A model generated the notes under the pieces. The model made no database searches. It was not told the origin of the DNA and saw nothing but the letters and a program-made list of their open reading frames with translations. This document shows positions 9,267 to 20,052 of a DNA stretch of 64,000 nucleotides, piece by piece. Positions within the stretch are counted from its first letter, which is position 1; each line of letters starts with the position of its first letter. This DNA comes from an uncultured Candidatus Binatia bacterium. GTDB lineage: Bacteria; Desulfobacterota; Binatia; UBA9968; CAXXLF01. Where the stretch lies: assembly GCA_965218425.1 (NCBI GenBank), contig OZ244621.1, positions 2,752,001-2,816,000 of the forward strand. Reading direction: 5' to 3'. A program made the translations under genes and the position numbers.

Positions 9267-10745
9267 CTACCGTTCCCGTCCTTTCGATAGCGCCTCTCTC
9301 CCGAACCGCTGGTTGGCCTCCAGTGTCTCGCGCACGTCGTCCCAGGTCGTGTTGTGATTGATGATGCAGAGCCTGAGCGCAAACGTCTTGCGCAGCAGGG
9401 TCGATGACATGAACGCGCGGTCCTCCCAAAAGACGCGGGCGAGCACGTTCCTGTTGATCTTCTCCAGGGCTTCCTCGTCGAGGTCGGCGCTCGCGGGGTT
9501 GACCCGGAAGCACACGATCCCAAGCGACGCGGGGTTCAAAAGCTCCAGCACCGGGCTCTCCCGGATATACTCCTCGGCCCGGGCCGCCAACTCCATCCCC
9601 TTCGACACGGCCCGCCGGAACGCCGCCATCCCGAAGGTCTGCACCGACATCCAGATCTTCAACGCCCGAAACGAGCGGCTCAGTTGCAGGCCGCTGTCCG
9701 AGAAGTTCGGGTGGTTCGCTCCCCACACCGTGTCCTGGAGGATATCGTGCCGAACCGCGAATGCGTTCTCGAGCGTGCGTATATCCTTCACCAGAAGGCC
9801 GCCCGTCTCGTAAGGCTGGAAGAACCATTTGTGCGGATCCAGCCCGATGGAATCGGCGCGTTCGATCCCGCGCAAGAGCTCCTTGCCGCGCTCGGTCACC
9901 ACCGCGAAGCCGCCGTACGCGGCGTCGACGTGCAGCCAGATGCTCTCCGCCTCGCAGTAGTCCGCCATGGCTTCGAGCGGATCGATGGCCCCCGTGCTGC
10001 TCGCTCCGGCGTTGGCACACACCGCGATGGGATTGAATCCCGCGGCCCGGTCCTCTGCCACGGCGCGCGTGAGCGCATCCATGTCCAGGCGGAAGCCTCC
10101 GTCGTTCACAACCAGGCGAATGCACTCCGGCCGAATGCCGATGATCCTGGCCGCGCGGATGAGAGCGCTATGGCTCTGGTTGCTCATGTACACGGTGGCG
10201 CGCTCGGGGTGGCCCGCCGCTTCCCGGGCCGCCGCCAAGGCGTCGACGCTGGTCGCCGACCCTCCGCTCGTCAAAAGCCCGCCCGCGCTCTCCGGATAGC
10301 CGAGCCAGCGCCGCAACCAGTCGATGACCACCAGCTCGAGCTGGCTCGGGCCGCTTGCGATCAGCCAGGTGCATGCGTTGATGTTGTATCCGGCCGCCAT
10401 GAAGTCGGCCAGCACCCCGGGCCACGTGGGCGACGATGGGATAAACCCGAAGCAACGCGGGTGATCGAGCCGCAGCGTGATCGGGAGGATCTCTCTCGCG
10501 GCCTGCTCGATAACCTCCACCGGCGGGCGGCCGTCCTCGGGCGGAGCCTCCATCAGTCTGTCCATGAGCTCCTGCCTGAACTCTCCGTCCCAGGCGTTTT
10601 CTCCCGGCAAGCCCTCGATCCGCTCCACCACGAGCTCGGCCGCCTTGCGGGCAAGGTCGAGCATGAGCTCGGGCGCCATCCGGAGGCCGTCGGGCGCCTC
10701 GCTACGTGCGCCTGCGCCCGGCTCTTTATCGCTCCTTTGTTCCAT
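9267..10745 (-). CDS. PLP-dependent aromatic-L-amino-acid decarboxylase family protein
   Basis: LTSGGS, WLHVDAAYGG, DPHKWFF; SD AGGAGGAG before ATG at 10745. Confidence 0.92.
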   Translation of the reverse strand: MEQRSDKEPGAGARSEAPDGLRMAPELMLDLARKAAELVVERIEGLPGENAWDGEFRQELMDRLMEAPPEDGRPPVEVIEQAAREILPITLRLDHPRCFGFIPSSPTWPGVLADFMAAGYNINACTWLIASGPSQLELVVIDWLRRWLGYPESAGGLLTSGGSATSVDALAAAREAAGHPERATVYMSNQSHSALIRAARIIGIRPECIRLVVNDGGFRLDMDALTRAVAEDRAAGFNPIAVCANAGASSTGAIDPLEAMADYCEAESIWLHVDAAYGGFAVVTERGKELLRGIERADSIGLDPHKWFFQPYETGGLLVKDIRTLENAFAVRHDILQDTVWGANHPNFSDSGLQLSRSFRALKIWMSVQTFGMAAFRRAVSKGMELAARAEEYIRESPVLELLNPASLGIVCFRVNPASADLDEEALEKINRNVLARVFWEDRAFMSSTLLRKTFALRLCIINHNTTWDDVRETLEANQRFGREALSKGRER

Positions 10746-10889
10746 CAGACTCCTCCTGTTGCGGTATGATACATCGGCATTGTCAGACTCACTGGATCGG
10801 ACCTGTAAAACCTGCAATCGAGCACTCTCAGGCTGCAAGTTGACGCCACCCGGCCAGAGCGGTGGCTCGGTCTTGTTTGAAAATGACGC

Positions 10890-11042
10890 TATGTATGCGA
10901 TCCTATCTCGTCGGTTGCATTTTCCCGGGCGTATCGTTTGTGATAGTCTAACCCGACGTAAGGCATGGGGTCTTCTCCTTTCAGGTTTGACGGCCGCTGC
11001 AACCGCCAACCTATGGGAGCTTGACCCCGATTCTGACCCCGG
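10890..11042 (-). repeat. Repeat module B with two TGACCCC ends
   Basis: ..GAGCTTGACCCCGATTCTGACCCCGG; encodes the degenerate IS110 start (M)PYVGLDYHKRY. Confidence 0.85.
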
Positions 11043-11058
11043 TTCTTTTTGTGTATGG

Positions 11059-12036
11059 CTATGCATTGTTCGCACCGCTTTCTTCTCCGATCGGCTCAAC
11101 TGCGTCTTCGATCTTGAGCGTCTTGATGTGCGGGGCAAGCGCCTCCACCAACCGATTCATTGCGTCGGTCATTCGGTTATGTGTTTCTCCCCAACTCTCT
11201 TCGGGGTCACTGTATCCTCCTTGCACAGCTGCTCGTATACGACAGGCTTGCTTCCCCTCTAGCCGCTCCCAGCCAAGCTGTCCTCCGAAGACTTCTTCAA
11301 TCTGCCCTTTCTTCGCGTGGAGATGGTCGAATATGTGAAGATTCTCGTGGCCCATACCTCTGCCACGGTCAACGTAGAGCTCCGCAGCAGAGTTCTTCTT
11401 CGTAACCGTATAGTTGAAGTTGGCACCTCGCACTCCGGATCTAGTCCCAATCCAGGAGTTTTGCCCTGGTCTGATGCGGCGGTGATGCGTTGCATTGGGA
11501 TGCTGGACCAATTGCGACCACCACTTGAGGCGCGCGTGGTGCCGCTCACTCATTTCCTTCTTGCTGCGCCCAATCGACTTGCCCTCTTCCGAGGGACCAA
11601 CGATCACCGTGAGTAAGGGTGCGGGGGGTGAGTTCTCGATGCGAATCGCCTCGATCTTCAAGAGAAAGAAGTCGGTACTCGTAGACTCATTGAGCCAATT
11701 CAAGTCAGCTACATGCTCGGGGCGCGGGTCGGCTACGATCCAGACAACGACGCTGGATTGCATCGCTGTTCGATAAGTGATCAGCTTGCCCGGATGGTCG
11801 TGTTCGCTCTTCCCTAATTGGTTCTCGATAATGATTGACGATCCGTCATTGCTTTCCGCAACCAGATCAACACTGAAGATACTCTCGGTCTTTTTCTCGC
11901 GCTCGACGCTTTCGATGTCGTGACCGATCGCATCGCTCAAAACGTCGATGTTCTGCTCAAGCCACTGCGTGAAATCGTAGGCCTCATGCCTCCAGACATC
12001 GCGGAGAGGGACACGTTCAAGCTTGGCTACCGTCAT
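11059..12036 (-). CDS. DUF4268-domain protein with N-terminal PD-(D/E)XK nuclease-like domain
   Basis: LRDVWRHEAYDFTQWL..VDLVA..IIIENQLGKSEHDH; C-terminal LGWERLEGKQACRI. Confidence 0.8.
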   Translation of the reverse strand: MTVAKLERVPLRDVWRHEAYDFTQWLEQNIDVLSDAIGHDIESVEREKKTESIFSVDLVAESNDGSSIIIENQLGKSEHDHPGKLITYRTAMQSSVVVWIVADPRPEHVADLNWLNESTSTDFFLLKIEAIRIENSPPAPLLTVIVGPSEEGKSIGRSKKEMSERHHARLKWWSQLVQHPNATHHRRIRPGQNSWIGTRSGVRGANFNYTVTKKNSAAELYVDRGRGMGHENLHIFDHLHAKKGQIEEVFGGQLGWERLEGKQACRIRAAVQGGYSDPEESWGETHNRMTDAMNRLVEALAPHIKTLKIEDAVEPIGEESGANNA

Positions 12037-12751
12037 ACTGTCTCTCCCGCGTCCATCGCTCGCCCCTCAAGGCGCCGGGCGCGATAGTCGGCCCTGCTTA
12101 GGAACACCTTTCGGCGGGCGGATCCTCGGTTCATCGAATGATGGACTGCACCCCGATATTCAATGCGTAAGGGCCGTGACATTGATAGCCTTAATTACAG
12201 TCCACATTCCAATTATCGACAAGTTCGCCACCCCGCAAGGGCCGTCGTTTGCACAAATTAAATTAGCGCTTAGGCATAAATTTTTCCGTTTTACAAGGTG
12301 TGCCCGAAACGCTTATCAAAGAAAGTGCTCAGACTTTGGCTTGGAAGCGCCTGGTCCCGTACTACGGGCGGCTCCGTGCGGTTCGACGCATCGCCCGCGG
12401 GGGTTCCATGGAGCGCCTCATGAAACGAACTCAAGAAGGAAAAGGAGCAAGTGTTAGCAAAGAGGCGAAGGGAAGATAAACAAAGGCGACTTGCTCAAGT
12501 ACTCGCACTATCGAAGTTGTCTCGTCCGTACAGGTGTATACCGGACCAGCTTCAACGCTTGAGCGGTCCATTGCGGGGTTACCCGATATGGCCACTTGGG
12601 AAGTGAGAGAGGCTCATCATACTTTACAGTTGGGGGTTTTACTTATTTTTCCCCCACGAGGGCGGAGCGGCCATGCAGGTTGCTCAACCTGTCAATGTGT
12701 TCATTCCTCCCTGGGTGGGCACATGCCCCTTCGCCCGTCCTCACCTTGGAG

Positions 12752-13018
12752 ATGATTGTCGAACGCAAGAGAATGGTGCCGGACCGATCCGGCAAAATGG
12801 TGGAAGGCACCGTTGTTGACGTAGACAAATCCATGGAACGGTTCAGTGAGATAGAACTTGCAGACGGGACAATCCTGAGAGCCAAGATCATGGTGGTCGA
12901 GGCTGTTCGCCTGGATAATCGATGGGACGATGATGGGAACCCAGTGTACAGCCTCAAGAGCCAAAACGTGGTGATAATCTCTGAATCGCCAAAAGAACTC
13001 AGAAAGCCGCTGCAATGA
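12752..13018 (+). CDS. Small hypothetical protein
   Basis: 88-aa ORF (..ERFSEIELADGTILRAK..WDDDGNPVY). Confidence 0.65.
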   Translation: MIVERKRMVPDRSGKMVEGTVVDVDKSMERFSEIELADGTILRAKIMVVEAVRLDNRWDDDGNPVYSLKSQNVVIISESPKELRKPLQ

Positions 13019-13062
13019 GTTCGTTTCGCTCGTCTTCACTTCCCTTGACAACAGGGTTGGTA

Positions 13063-13170
13063 AAGGGTTCAAATCTTTTGTTGACAATTAACATCTTCCG
13101 GATCTTCCAGCCGCCTCCGAAATCTTCTATCCGCCTCACGCTTTAAGAATCCCATGGCACGCCCGGCCCA
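13063..13170 (+). repeat. Repeat module C
   Basis: AAGGGTTCAAATCTTTTGTTGACA..CTTTAAGAATCCCATGGCACGCCCGGCCC. Confidence 0.9.
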
Positions 13171-13369
13171 CCCCGTGTTTTCGAATTCTCCGATTCTCCA
13201 TTTTTCGCTTCGCGTTGTTTAACAAACCGTTTCGCCTTGGGCCCCCTCGTTTCGACGTTTCCTAACCCGCTCCGGTAGGTATCCAGCGGAAGCCGGGCCA
13301 CAGGGGTCCGGCCCATCACCAGACAGCGGCAACGGCCGTGAGAACGGAGCCCGTTGTGAGTGCCGACAA

Positions 13370-14488
13370 GTGCTCAACGCCTTACGGCATCCAATAGACA
13401 ATCACATCCAGGACCCGGGCGGCGGCCGCAAGTCGCTCTAGTGCTCAACGCCTTACGGCATCCAATAGACAATCACATCCGGTTGTGGACCAGCCGAAAT
13501 AGCGCAGTGCGTGCTCAACGCCTTACGGCATCCAATAGACAATCACCGCTGGCGCGAGGAGACACTGGCCATAGTCGGTGATGTGCTCAACGCCTTACGG
13601 CATCCAATAGACAATCACACGGCCTTTACCAGTTCCGTCAGGTTGGTTAACTGGGTGCTCAACGCCTTACGGCATCCAATAGACAATCACAAGAAGCAGA
13701 ATGAGCTCCCTGTAATCCAACGGCCTCTGTGCTCAACGCCTTACGGCATCCAATAGACAATCACACGAACACGAGCAGTTCACTTACACCGCGGCCGAAG
13801 CCGTGCTCAACGCCTTACGGCATCCAATAGACAATCACAGCCGAGACGTTTCTATCGTTGGACACTCTGTGGACGTGCTCAACGCCTTACGGCATCCAAT
13901 AGACAATCACGCGGCCGAGCCGCCGCCGTCGTTCGAGACCGTGCCGTGCTCAACGCCTTACGGCATCCAATAGACAATCACTTGTAGCGCTCTTGCTTAT
14001 CCAAAAGGGCCAAGTTGTACTGTGCTCAACGCCTTACGGCATCCAATAGACAATCACAACTCGTTCTTGTCGAACACCGGCTCGTCCTTGTCGTGCTCAA
14101 CGCCTTACGGCATCCAATAGACAATCACGTAATAGAGCACATCGACAACAAAGTGGACAGCCAGTGCTCAACGCCTTACGGCATCCAATAGACAATCACT
14201 CCAACGCATCTTGCAGGATTCGCAAACTAGTTGCGCCCGTGCTCAACGCCTTACGGCATCCAATAGACAATCACCAGGAATGCAACCGAGTAATCGATGC
14301 ACCAAACATAGTGCTCAACGCCTTACGGCATCCAATAGACAATCACTACCGAACCGAAAAAATAAAAAGCCTCTCTTGTCCGTGCTCAACGCCTTACGGC
14401 ATCCAATAGACAATCACCCGACGATCCGCGAGTCGGCGCCGCGCCCCTCCATGTGCTCAACGCCTTACGGCATCCAATAGACAATCAC
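13370..14488 (-). CRISPR. CRISPR array: 16 identical 36-bp repeats, 15 spacers of about 34-40 bp
   Basis: Repeat GTGCTCAACGCCTTACGGCATCCAATAGACAATCAC (+); AT-rich leader on the cas2 side implies minus-strand transcription. Confidence 0.99.
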
Positions 14489-14756
14489 TTCCCGTGGATA
14501 AGTATTTATGTTTGTTGGACTTTTCCATCCTCTATACAAGGACCCCTTTTCCACAATCGAGATTTGTCTCAAAATGTCCCCGCTTTCCTCCCTCTTCCCA
14601 TCCAACTGATGAATATCCCTCCACTTTCTCTTATTTCACGAACCCTTTTCTCCCTTAATTTCACTTTTTCATAGAAACACAAGCAGTTAGTCGTTTTTCT
14701 TGAATCTTGGCTCCAAACACTCCTGGGTGCATGAATTCCGGATCTTCCCGAAAAAA
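14489..14756 (-). promoter_or_regulatory. CRISPR leader
   Basis: AT-rich noncoding stretch between the cas2 stop and the first repeat. Confidence 0.75.
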
Positions 14757-15050
14757 TCACACCACACGAAAGCGCGGCTCATCCTCAACCCATTCGGTGT
14801 TGGGATTACGTACAATCAGCTTTGACCTGCACGAGGAACAAAGTCCCGCAATCATCAGGCTGTCTTCAGGCGCCATCTCCTTCTCCAGCTCCCAACGCAT
14901 CCGCTCAAGCTGTCGCCTGGTCAGACGACAACGAAAGATCGAATATTGCAGGCTTTCCCCGTAGCCCTTAAGCAGCTTGAAGCAACGACGCCAACGTTTG
15001 GGGTCACGAATGTCGTAACAAACCAGATACCAGATCCGTCCTTCCGCCAT
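14757..15050 (-). CDS. cas2: CRISPR-associated Cas2
   Basis: YLVCYDIRDPKRW..GYGESLQYSIFRC. Confidence 0.97.
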   Translation of the reverse strand: MAEGRIWYLVCYDIRDPKRWRRCFKLLKGYGESLQYSIFRCRLTRRQLERMRWELEKEMAPEDSLMIAGLCSSCRSKLIVRNPNTEWVEDEPRFRVV

Positions 15051-15060
15051 GCACGACCTC

Positions 15061-16716
15061 TCAACGCAGACGCATACGAGCGAACAACCCAGGTTCTCCG
15101 GCCCATTCCTTCTCCAGCAAACGAGCCTCCAGTTCGATCAATCGCGCATACGATAACGAATATCCTGTCACAGGATGTTTCCACCGGTCTTCTTTTCGGC
15201 GTTCATAGATCTCAATGGCTTTTTTTCGACCGGAATCACTGAGCCAGATTTGCTTGCCCGCGTGTGTAAAGTCCTCTTCCACATCCCACTGAAGGCGATT
15301 GACCGAAGCAACCAACGGCATGTCCCATAGCGGGACTCGAAACAACTCCATCAGATCCAAAGCTAACGGGTGAGCGGCCGAACGCGGACGGTGAAAGAAG
15401 CCAAAAGCGGGTTCAAGTCCGACGGCTATTATCGCCTGCAAGACATCCCGGTACAGAAGTGCGTAGCCAAAGCTCAACAGCGCATTGATCCGATCCCGAG
15501 GCGGACGACGGTTTCTTCCGTTGAAACGCAATCGTTCATCCAAGTCGTCTCGCAGCAGTCCAGGGAAACCTGAGAAATAGTGACGCCCGGCATCCCCCTC
15601 GTGGCCCCGCAAGGAATCGATCCCTTCCGCATAACCGGCGGCACGAAGCGCGTTCCGAAGCCCTTGCACGGCGCCATCAATGCCCAACGACTTTCGATCC
15701 TTGCCCCGCGACGCCCGCAGCAAAAACCCAAGCTGGCCGGACGCTCGGGCAATCGCCAACCGTCGGCCCAAGCGAAATGTCAAGCCGGGGTCTCGCAATG
15801 CCTCGAACTGACGGATGCGCCGCTGCACCGGACTTGCGCTAGAGACAAGTCCGCTTACGTAGCGTCCTCCGCCCGTAAACCAATGCACCCCGACTTCCTG
15901 GGAGGCACACAGATGGATCGCTTGGGTGCTGATCTGCGCGTAACCGTGGATAACAATCTCTCCGACCTCACGAACGGGAAATGCCTGCTTCTGCCCGGCT
16001 GTGTCCGTGACCGTCAGGGTTTCTCCGGACTTGCCAATCCATGCTCCATGCGTCGTGACGTGAACGGTCTGACGTTCACGGTCTTGTGGAAAGAGTCGGA
16101 CAGGTTCCCAGTCCTCATCTTTAGCCAGGCGTTCTTCCTCAGGCAGACAGACCGGGGCGAGGGAGCAGCGCAGACATAGCCGATCATTTTCAGCGACCGG
16201 CGGGCGTTCAACGGTCCGGCTGAGCTCACGGGCACGAGCGACAGCCTTTAGAACATCTCCACGTGCTGTTTCGTCCACGGGGACACGGACAGTCGTATTA
16301 TTGGCGTGGTAGCGAATCCGCGCTTCTTCGATATGAGTCCCGGTGTGCTCCTCCAAAAGCAGAGTATACGCGCATACCTGGAGACGGTCGCTCGGCCACG
16401 CCTGCGGCCCAACGTCGCCTTTAGCCGAACGACCGCGCTTGTGTTCGTAGGGAATGAGCTGACCATCCCGGCGGCGCAGGCAATCAACCTTCCCGCGAAT
16501 GCCGAGCGTCTCGCTCTCCAGGACCAGGCTGACAATTTCGCCTTCGTCAGCCGCCAGCTCTTCATGGAGACGGCGCCCTGCGTACACCGCTGCATCCGCG
16601 ACGCGAATCTCTTCGACCTCTTCCAGGTAGAAAAGACGCTCGCAGTACGCCAAGGCGTGGAGAGCCATGACGCGGATGGTGGGGGTATCCATGGTAACAA
16701 GTTCGTTCAGAAACAC
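15061..16716 (-). CDS. cas1: Cas4/Cas1 fusion (Myxococcus subtype)
   Basis: N-terminal YCER..GKVD..EHKRG..CLRCSLAPVC Cas4; C-terminal RPPRDRINALLSFGY..GFFH..LDLMELFR Cas1. Confidence 0.97.
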   Translation of the reverse strand: MFLNELVTMDTPTIRVMALHALAYCERLFYLEEVEEIRVADAAVYAGRRLHEELAADEGEIVSLVLESETLGIRGKVDCLRRRDGQLIPYEHKRGRSAKGDVGPQAWPSDRLQVCAYTLLLEEHTGTHIEEARIRYHANNTTVRVPVDETARGDVLKAVARARELSRTVERPPVAENDRLCLRCSLAPVCLPEEERLAKDEDWEPVRLFPQDRERQTVHVTTHGAWIGKSGETLTVTDTAGQKQAFPVREVGEIVIHGYAQISTQAIHLCASQEVGVHWFTGGGRYVSGLVSSASPVQRRIRQFEALRDPGLTFRLGRRLAIARASGQLGFLLRASRGKDRKSLGIDGAVQGLRNALRAAGYAEGIDSLRGHEGDAGRHYFSGFPGLLRDDLDERLRFNGRNRRPPRDRINALLSFGYALLYRDVLQAIIAVGLEPAFGFFHRPRSAAHPLALDLMELFRVPLWDMPLVASVNRLQWDVEEDFTHAGKQIWLSDSGRKKAIEIYERRKEDRWKHPVTGYSLSYARLIELEARLLEKEWAGEPGLFARMRLR

Positions 16717-17403
16717 TTAAGCCGGGATCATCACCCAAGCATCTTTAGGGATATCCCGTCTTTGCTCAGGACAAGGGGAAAATAAGGCGCTCGTCGTATT
16801 TGCTATGTTCCGGCGATCAATCGTGATTGTGAAATGGGCGGTTCGAGGACGTAGGCTATGAGAATCATGTTCAGAAACTTTTTCGTACCAGTACGCTGGC
16901 TGTCGCTCTGTTTCTTCACGTAAGATATCAACCAGGAAATTGTTATCACCAAGGAAGGGAACACCATAACGCGCTGAGTTGTATTCCCCGCTTAAACCGT
17001 CTCTTATTCTGTCCGCCAAGTCAGTATTGTCCTCGAGACAGATGTAAGCCCTAACATCGCTTAAAAATTCTCGCCGAACAGGGGTTATGTTATATTTCGA
17101 GCCTTTGGCAAGCGGGATGTATTTGACCCCGGCTGGGCCTACCGGATAATTATGCGCTTGTTGATACAGGCTATGGACTTGCGGAAAACTCAACGCACCG
17201 ATCGCGATTTTTATGCGGGGAAGGTCTTTCCGCATCAAGGTCATCGGCTGTTTGTCATCATCAAGCCTGGACTCAATACCGGCGATATTCAGTAACAGCC
17301 CATATGCTGCCGAGGGGGTTATGAATCTTGCCGTCGGCCGAAACGATCCAGCAGTGAACGTTCGAAACACCGCAAATGGAGCTTGGACGTACAAGCACAT
17401 CAT
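16717..17403 (-). CDS. cas5: Cas5 (DevS/Cmx5 type)
   Basis: LYVQAPFAVFRTFTAGSFRPT..PSAAYGLL..FLGDNNF. Confidence 0.93.
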   Translation of the reverse strand: MMCLYVQAPFAVFRTFTAGSFRPTARFITPSAAYGLLLNIAGIESRLDDDKQPMTLMRKDLPRIKIAIGALSFPQVHSLYQQAHNYPVGPAGVKYIPLAKGSKYNITPVRREFLSDVRAYICLEDNTDLADRIRDGLSGEYNSARYGVPFLGDNNFLVDILREETERQPAYWYEKVSEHDSHSLRPRTAHFTITIDRRNIANTTSALFSPCPEQRRDIPKDAWVMIPA

Positions 17404-18356
17404 TGTATAGCCCCATGGCCTAATATTTGATCCGTGACGGTAGCGATGAGCCGCTGGGCACTTCTATCTAGGGTGACACCCTTGTCCTTAAGGGCGTTGG
17501 CGCTTGCTTCCGTCATGTCTTTAACAATCTTTCCTCCGATGAAGAATTCCTTCCCGGGATAGTCACCTTTACAGATGCCCTCGACGACTTCGGGAAAATC
17601 GCCTTCTTTTGTAAAGCCGTAGGTATTGTAACCGGCGACCAGGGATTCACTGAGCCTGATGACAATGCTTGCTGGGGCCATCTCGTAATAACTCCGCGCA
17701 TGATTGCCTGAGACACCACTGAGCTCGCCAATGGCCTTCAGCATATACTTGAGACCTTTTACTTCTTCGTCTTCTCCAGTCGTTTTCTTAAACGTTACGG
17801 ATTTGCATTGGTTGAGATTCAAGGCAAAAGGATACTGGAAGGCGGTTTGTGCCGTTTCACGATGCAAGAGAGCTGAGTCGTCGGCATTCTTCCATGGGCT
17901 ATCATCGCTATTTTTAGGTGATTGGGTAAAAATTGAATCGTGCCGGTAAGGCTCGATCCCCTTGGCTAGGTTCATGCGGAGAATTGAATCCCGTTTGAAT
18001 TGGAAAGAGTCTTTTCTGCCTTGCGTCTCTAATTTGTCAAGAATCTTTTGACGGTCAGTAGTATTGGCGGCGACGAGATAGCCAAAAAAGAAGTCGTCAA
18101 TATACTTCTCCGGGTTGGGATATTCGGTGAATTTTACCGCTAACTGCTCTTCATCATACAGTCGAGAGCGATTACACGGTAGCCCATACCCAGCTATGAT
18201 TTCCCTAAGTGCGTTGCGCATCGCCTCCGGTGAGATAACGGGATATTCAAATCTTCCGTCTGTAATCTTCTGAATAACAGCTCGGTTTTGTTCGCTTTCT
18301 CCTCGGTAATTGGCCGAGGGCGCCGCATACGTTAGGACGGTTGCAAATAGATTCAT
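17400..18356 (-). CDS. cas7: Cas7 (DevR type)
   Basis: APSANYRGES..SPEAMRNALRE..VSGNHARSYYEMAPASIV. Confidence 0.93.
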   Translation of the reverse strand: MNLFATVLTYAAPSANYRGESEQNRAVIQKITDGRFEYPVISPEAMRNALREIIAGYGLPCNRSRLYDEEQLAVKFTEYPNPEKYIDDFFFGYLVAANTTDRQKILDKLETQGRKDSFQFKRDSILRMNLAKGIEPYRHDSIFTQSPKNSDDSPWKNADDSALLHRETAQTAFQYPFALNLNQCKSVTFKKTTGEDEEVKGLKYMLKAIGELSGVSGNHARSYYEMAPASIVIRLSESLVAGYNTYGFTKEGDFPEVVEGICKGDYPGKEFFIGGKIVKDMTEASANALKDKGVTLDRSAQRLIATVTDQILGHGAIQ

Positions 18357-18383
18357 GCTTTTCCTCCTCTGAAATTTCGTTAT

Positions 18384-18761
18384 TTAGGAATGCGCTGAAA
18401 GAGCCAACATCGACAGCGCTTTTATCCTCTCCCACCCTCCGTCTTCAAGGAGGGCCTGCGAGACAAAGACGTAATCATCTGAAGGTAGAAACTGTGGGAC
18501 AGAACAGATAGCCCCGGTAAAGTATTCAATGAATTCCTGGTCTCGACGGGAACGCATCGCAAGGAAGGCATCCATACAGATCTTTTGCCTTGCCTCTATG
18601 TATGCGGGCGGGATTGATATTTTCCCGTCAGGTGTTTTCTTGTCTTTAAAGTCACTCCATTTAATCTTTGATCTAGCCTCAGTCTTTTGCCGGACATAAG
18701 CACCCATCATGTCGTAGATGCGTTTCTCTAGCGACTGAGGTTTAACTGTGTCCTCTGCCAT
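18384..18761 (-). CDS. cas11: Putative internally translated Cas11 small subunit (125 aa), in frame within cas8
   Basis: CAGGAGG-8nt-ATG GCA GAG in the cas8 frame. Confidence 0.75.
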   Translation of the reverse strand: MAEDTVKPQSLEKRIYDMMGAYVRQKTEARSKIKWSDFKDKKTPDGKISIPPAYIEARQKICMDAFLAMRSRRDQEFIEYFTGAICSVPQFLPSDDYVFVSQALLEDGGWERIKALSMLALSAHS

Positions 18762-20048
18762 AGCGTGAGCCTCCTGTGAACGTTTGAAGTCTTCAGTAAG
18801 GGTTTCGAACTTCTTGCGGGCGTCAAAAGAAAAGAGAGCGAATCCTTTCGGCGTTTTTTCTGTGCGAATGAAAAATTCGGCTGGATGGTTCGAGAACAAT
18901 CCAAGAAAATCTTCCGTCCAATCAAGCTCCCGCAGAAGGTTCAGCAATAATCGCGATTTGAAGAACGGATTTCGGCATGACTGCCTGATGCTTTCGTATC
19001 GGGTCAGCAAGCCATCCCGTGGAATGATTTTATCGGTAGTATGAGTCTTGACGTTATTCCCTTGTTTTTCCAAGGAGAAGAGTTCGATCGCGCTTACACT
19101 GTACTTGACGTTTTCACTTTCCGCCTTTTGCTGCGCAATAAGTGACAGATTGCGGAGGAACTCCAGTCCACCTTCTTCTGGGATATCGATTATGGAAGCC
19201 GCAGGACGGTAACCCCGTAACTGAGGATCAAGCGTAGCCAATGAGGCAGGGAAAACATCACAGAATTCTTCTAAGTCGCTTACCTCCGGGATAGCAAGGA
19301 CATATCCTTTGATCTCATTGTTGCCTTTTCTGTTGATAGTTTCCGGGACAAAAATGTTGAGAGTGAGCGGCCAAAAGTGGAGCAGAAGATTCTGAGTCAC
19401 GACTCCCTTAAACGGGACCTTCTCCGCGTTGGATGCTTGCGCTCCCACAAAGAGTGAACCCGAAATTGTGTCAACGATAGGTTGTGCTTGTTCCTTTTTC
19501 TGCACAGCTTCGCTTAACGCCTTCCATGATGATTTTGCTTCCTGACATTGGTGATGATCTGCTCGTTGCTCGTAAACCTTGCGTGTGGTGGGTTGCGCTC
19601 TTAGGGTTGCCCAAAGCATGTCACGCCAGAGCTTAAGCCAACCCTCTTCAACCCCAGGATAGTGATGCCCCAGGAATGAAGCCTTCGGTTCGATTACATC
19701 GTAGACGTAAATTTTATTTTTCTTAACTTTTCCACTCTTCTCATCTTGGCTCTCCTCCATCTCTTCCCGTTTGGGTGTTTTCCCAGGCCGTTTGGATTTG
19801 AAGCGCCGTTCTACTTGCGCTGCGTCATAAAGGTCATCAAAAACGGTTTGCATCGAATCCTGAGTAAATATTAGCTTCACACCGGTCGCTGAAAGATTGT
19901 TCACCTTCGGTAATGGACCGGCTCCACGTTGTTGAAGAGATTCAATCAAAAGAAGTAAACCGGCGAGACCAGCTTTATGCTGGGCGCTGGGGAGATCGAA
20001 TAGATTGTAGGATAATACAATCTCTTTTATAGGAGTTGCTCTTGTCAT
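18384..20048 (-). CDS. cas8: Cas8 large subunit (Cmx8)
   Basis: LFDLPSAQHKAGLAGLLL..LWRDMLW..GAQASNAEKVPF..LLLHFWP. Confidence 0.92.
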   Translation of the reverse strand: MTRATPIKEIVLSYNLFDLPSAQHKAGLAGLLLLIESLQQRGAGPLPKVNNLSATGVKLIFTQDSMQTVFDDLYDAAQVERRFKSKRPGKTPKREEMEESQDEKSGKVKKNKIYVYDVIEPKASFLGHHYPGVEEGWLKLWRDMLWATLRAQPTTRKVYEQRADHHQCQEAKSSWKALSEAVQKKEQAQPIVDTISGSLFVGAQASNAEKVPFKGVVTQNLLLHFWPLTLNIFVPETINRKGNNEIKGYVLAIPEVSDLEEFCDVFPASLATLDPQLRGYRPAASIIDIPEEGGLEFLRNLSLIAQQKAESENVKYSVSAIELFSLEKQGNNVKTHTTDKIIPRDGLLTRYESIRQSCRNPFFKSRLLLNLLRELDWTEDFLGLFSNHPAEFFIRTEKTPKGFALFSFDARKKFETLTEDFKRSQEAHAMAEDTVKPQSLEKRIYDMMGAYVRQKTEARSKIKWSDFKDKKTPDGKISIPPAYIEARQKICMDAFLAMRSRRDQEFIEYFTGAICSVPQFLPSDDYVFVSQALLEDGGWERIKALSMLALSAHS

Positions 20049-20052
20049 TATT

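Noticed and set aside
10746..11138. N-terminal 131 aa of the 623-aa decarboxylase ORF
   Set aside because: Runs through repeat module B; the real start with SD is at 10745
13406..14452. Self-targeting spacers
   Set aside because: No match to the window noticed by eye; not tested computationally
13360..14674. Short ORFs such as MLNALRHPIDNH
   Set aside because: Translations of CRISPR repeats
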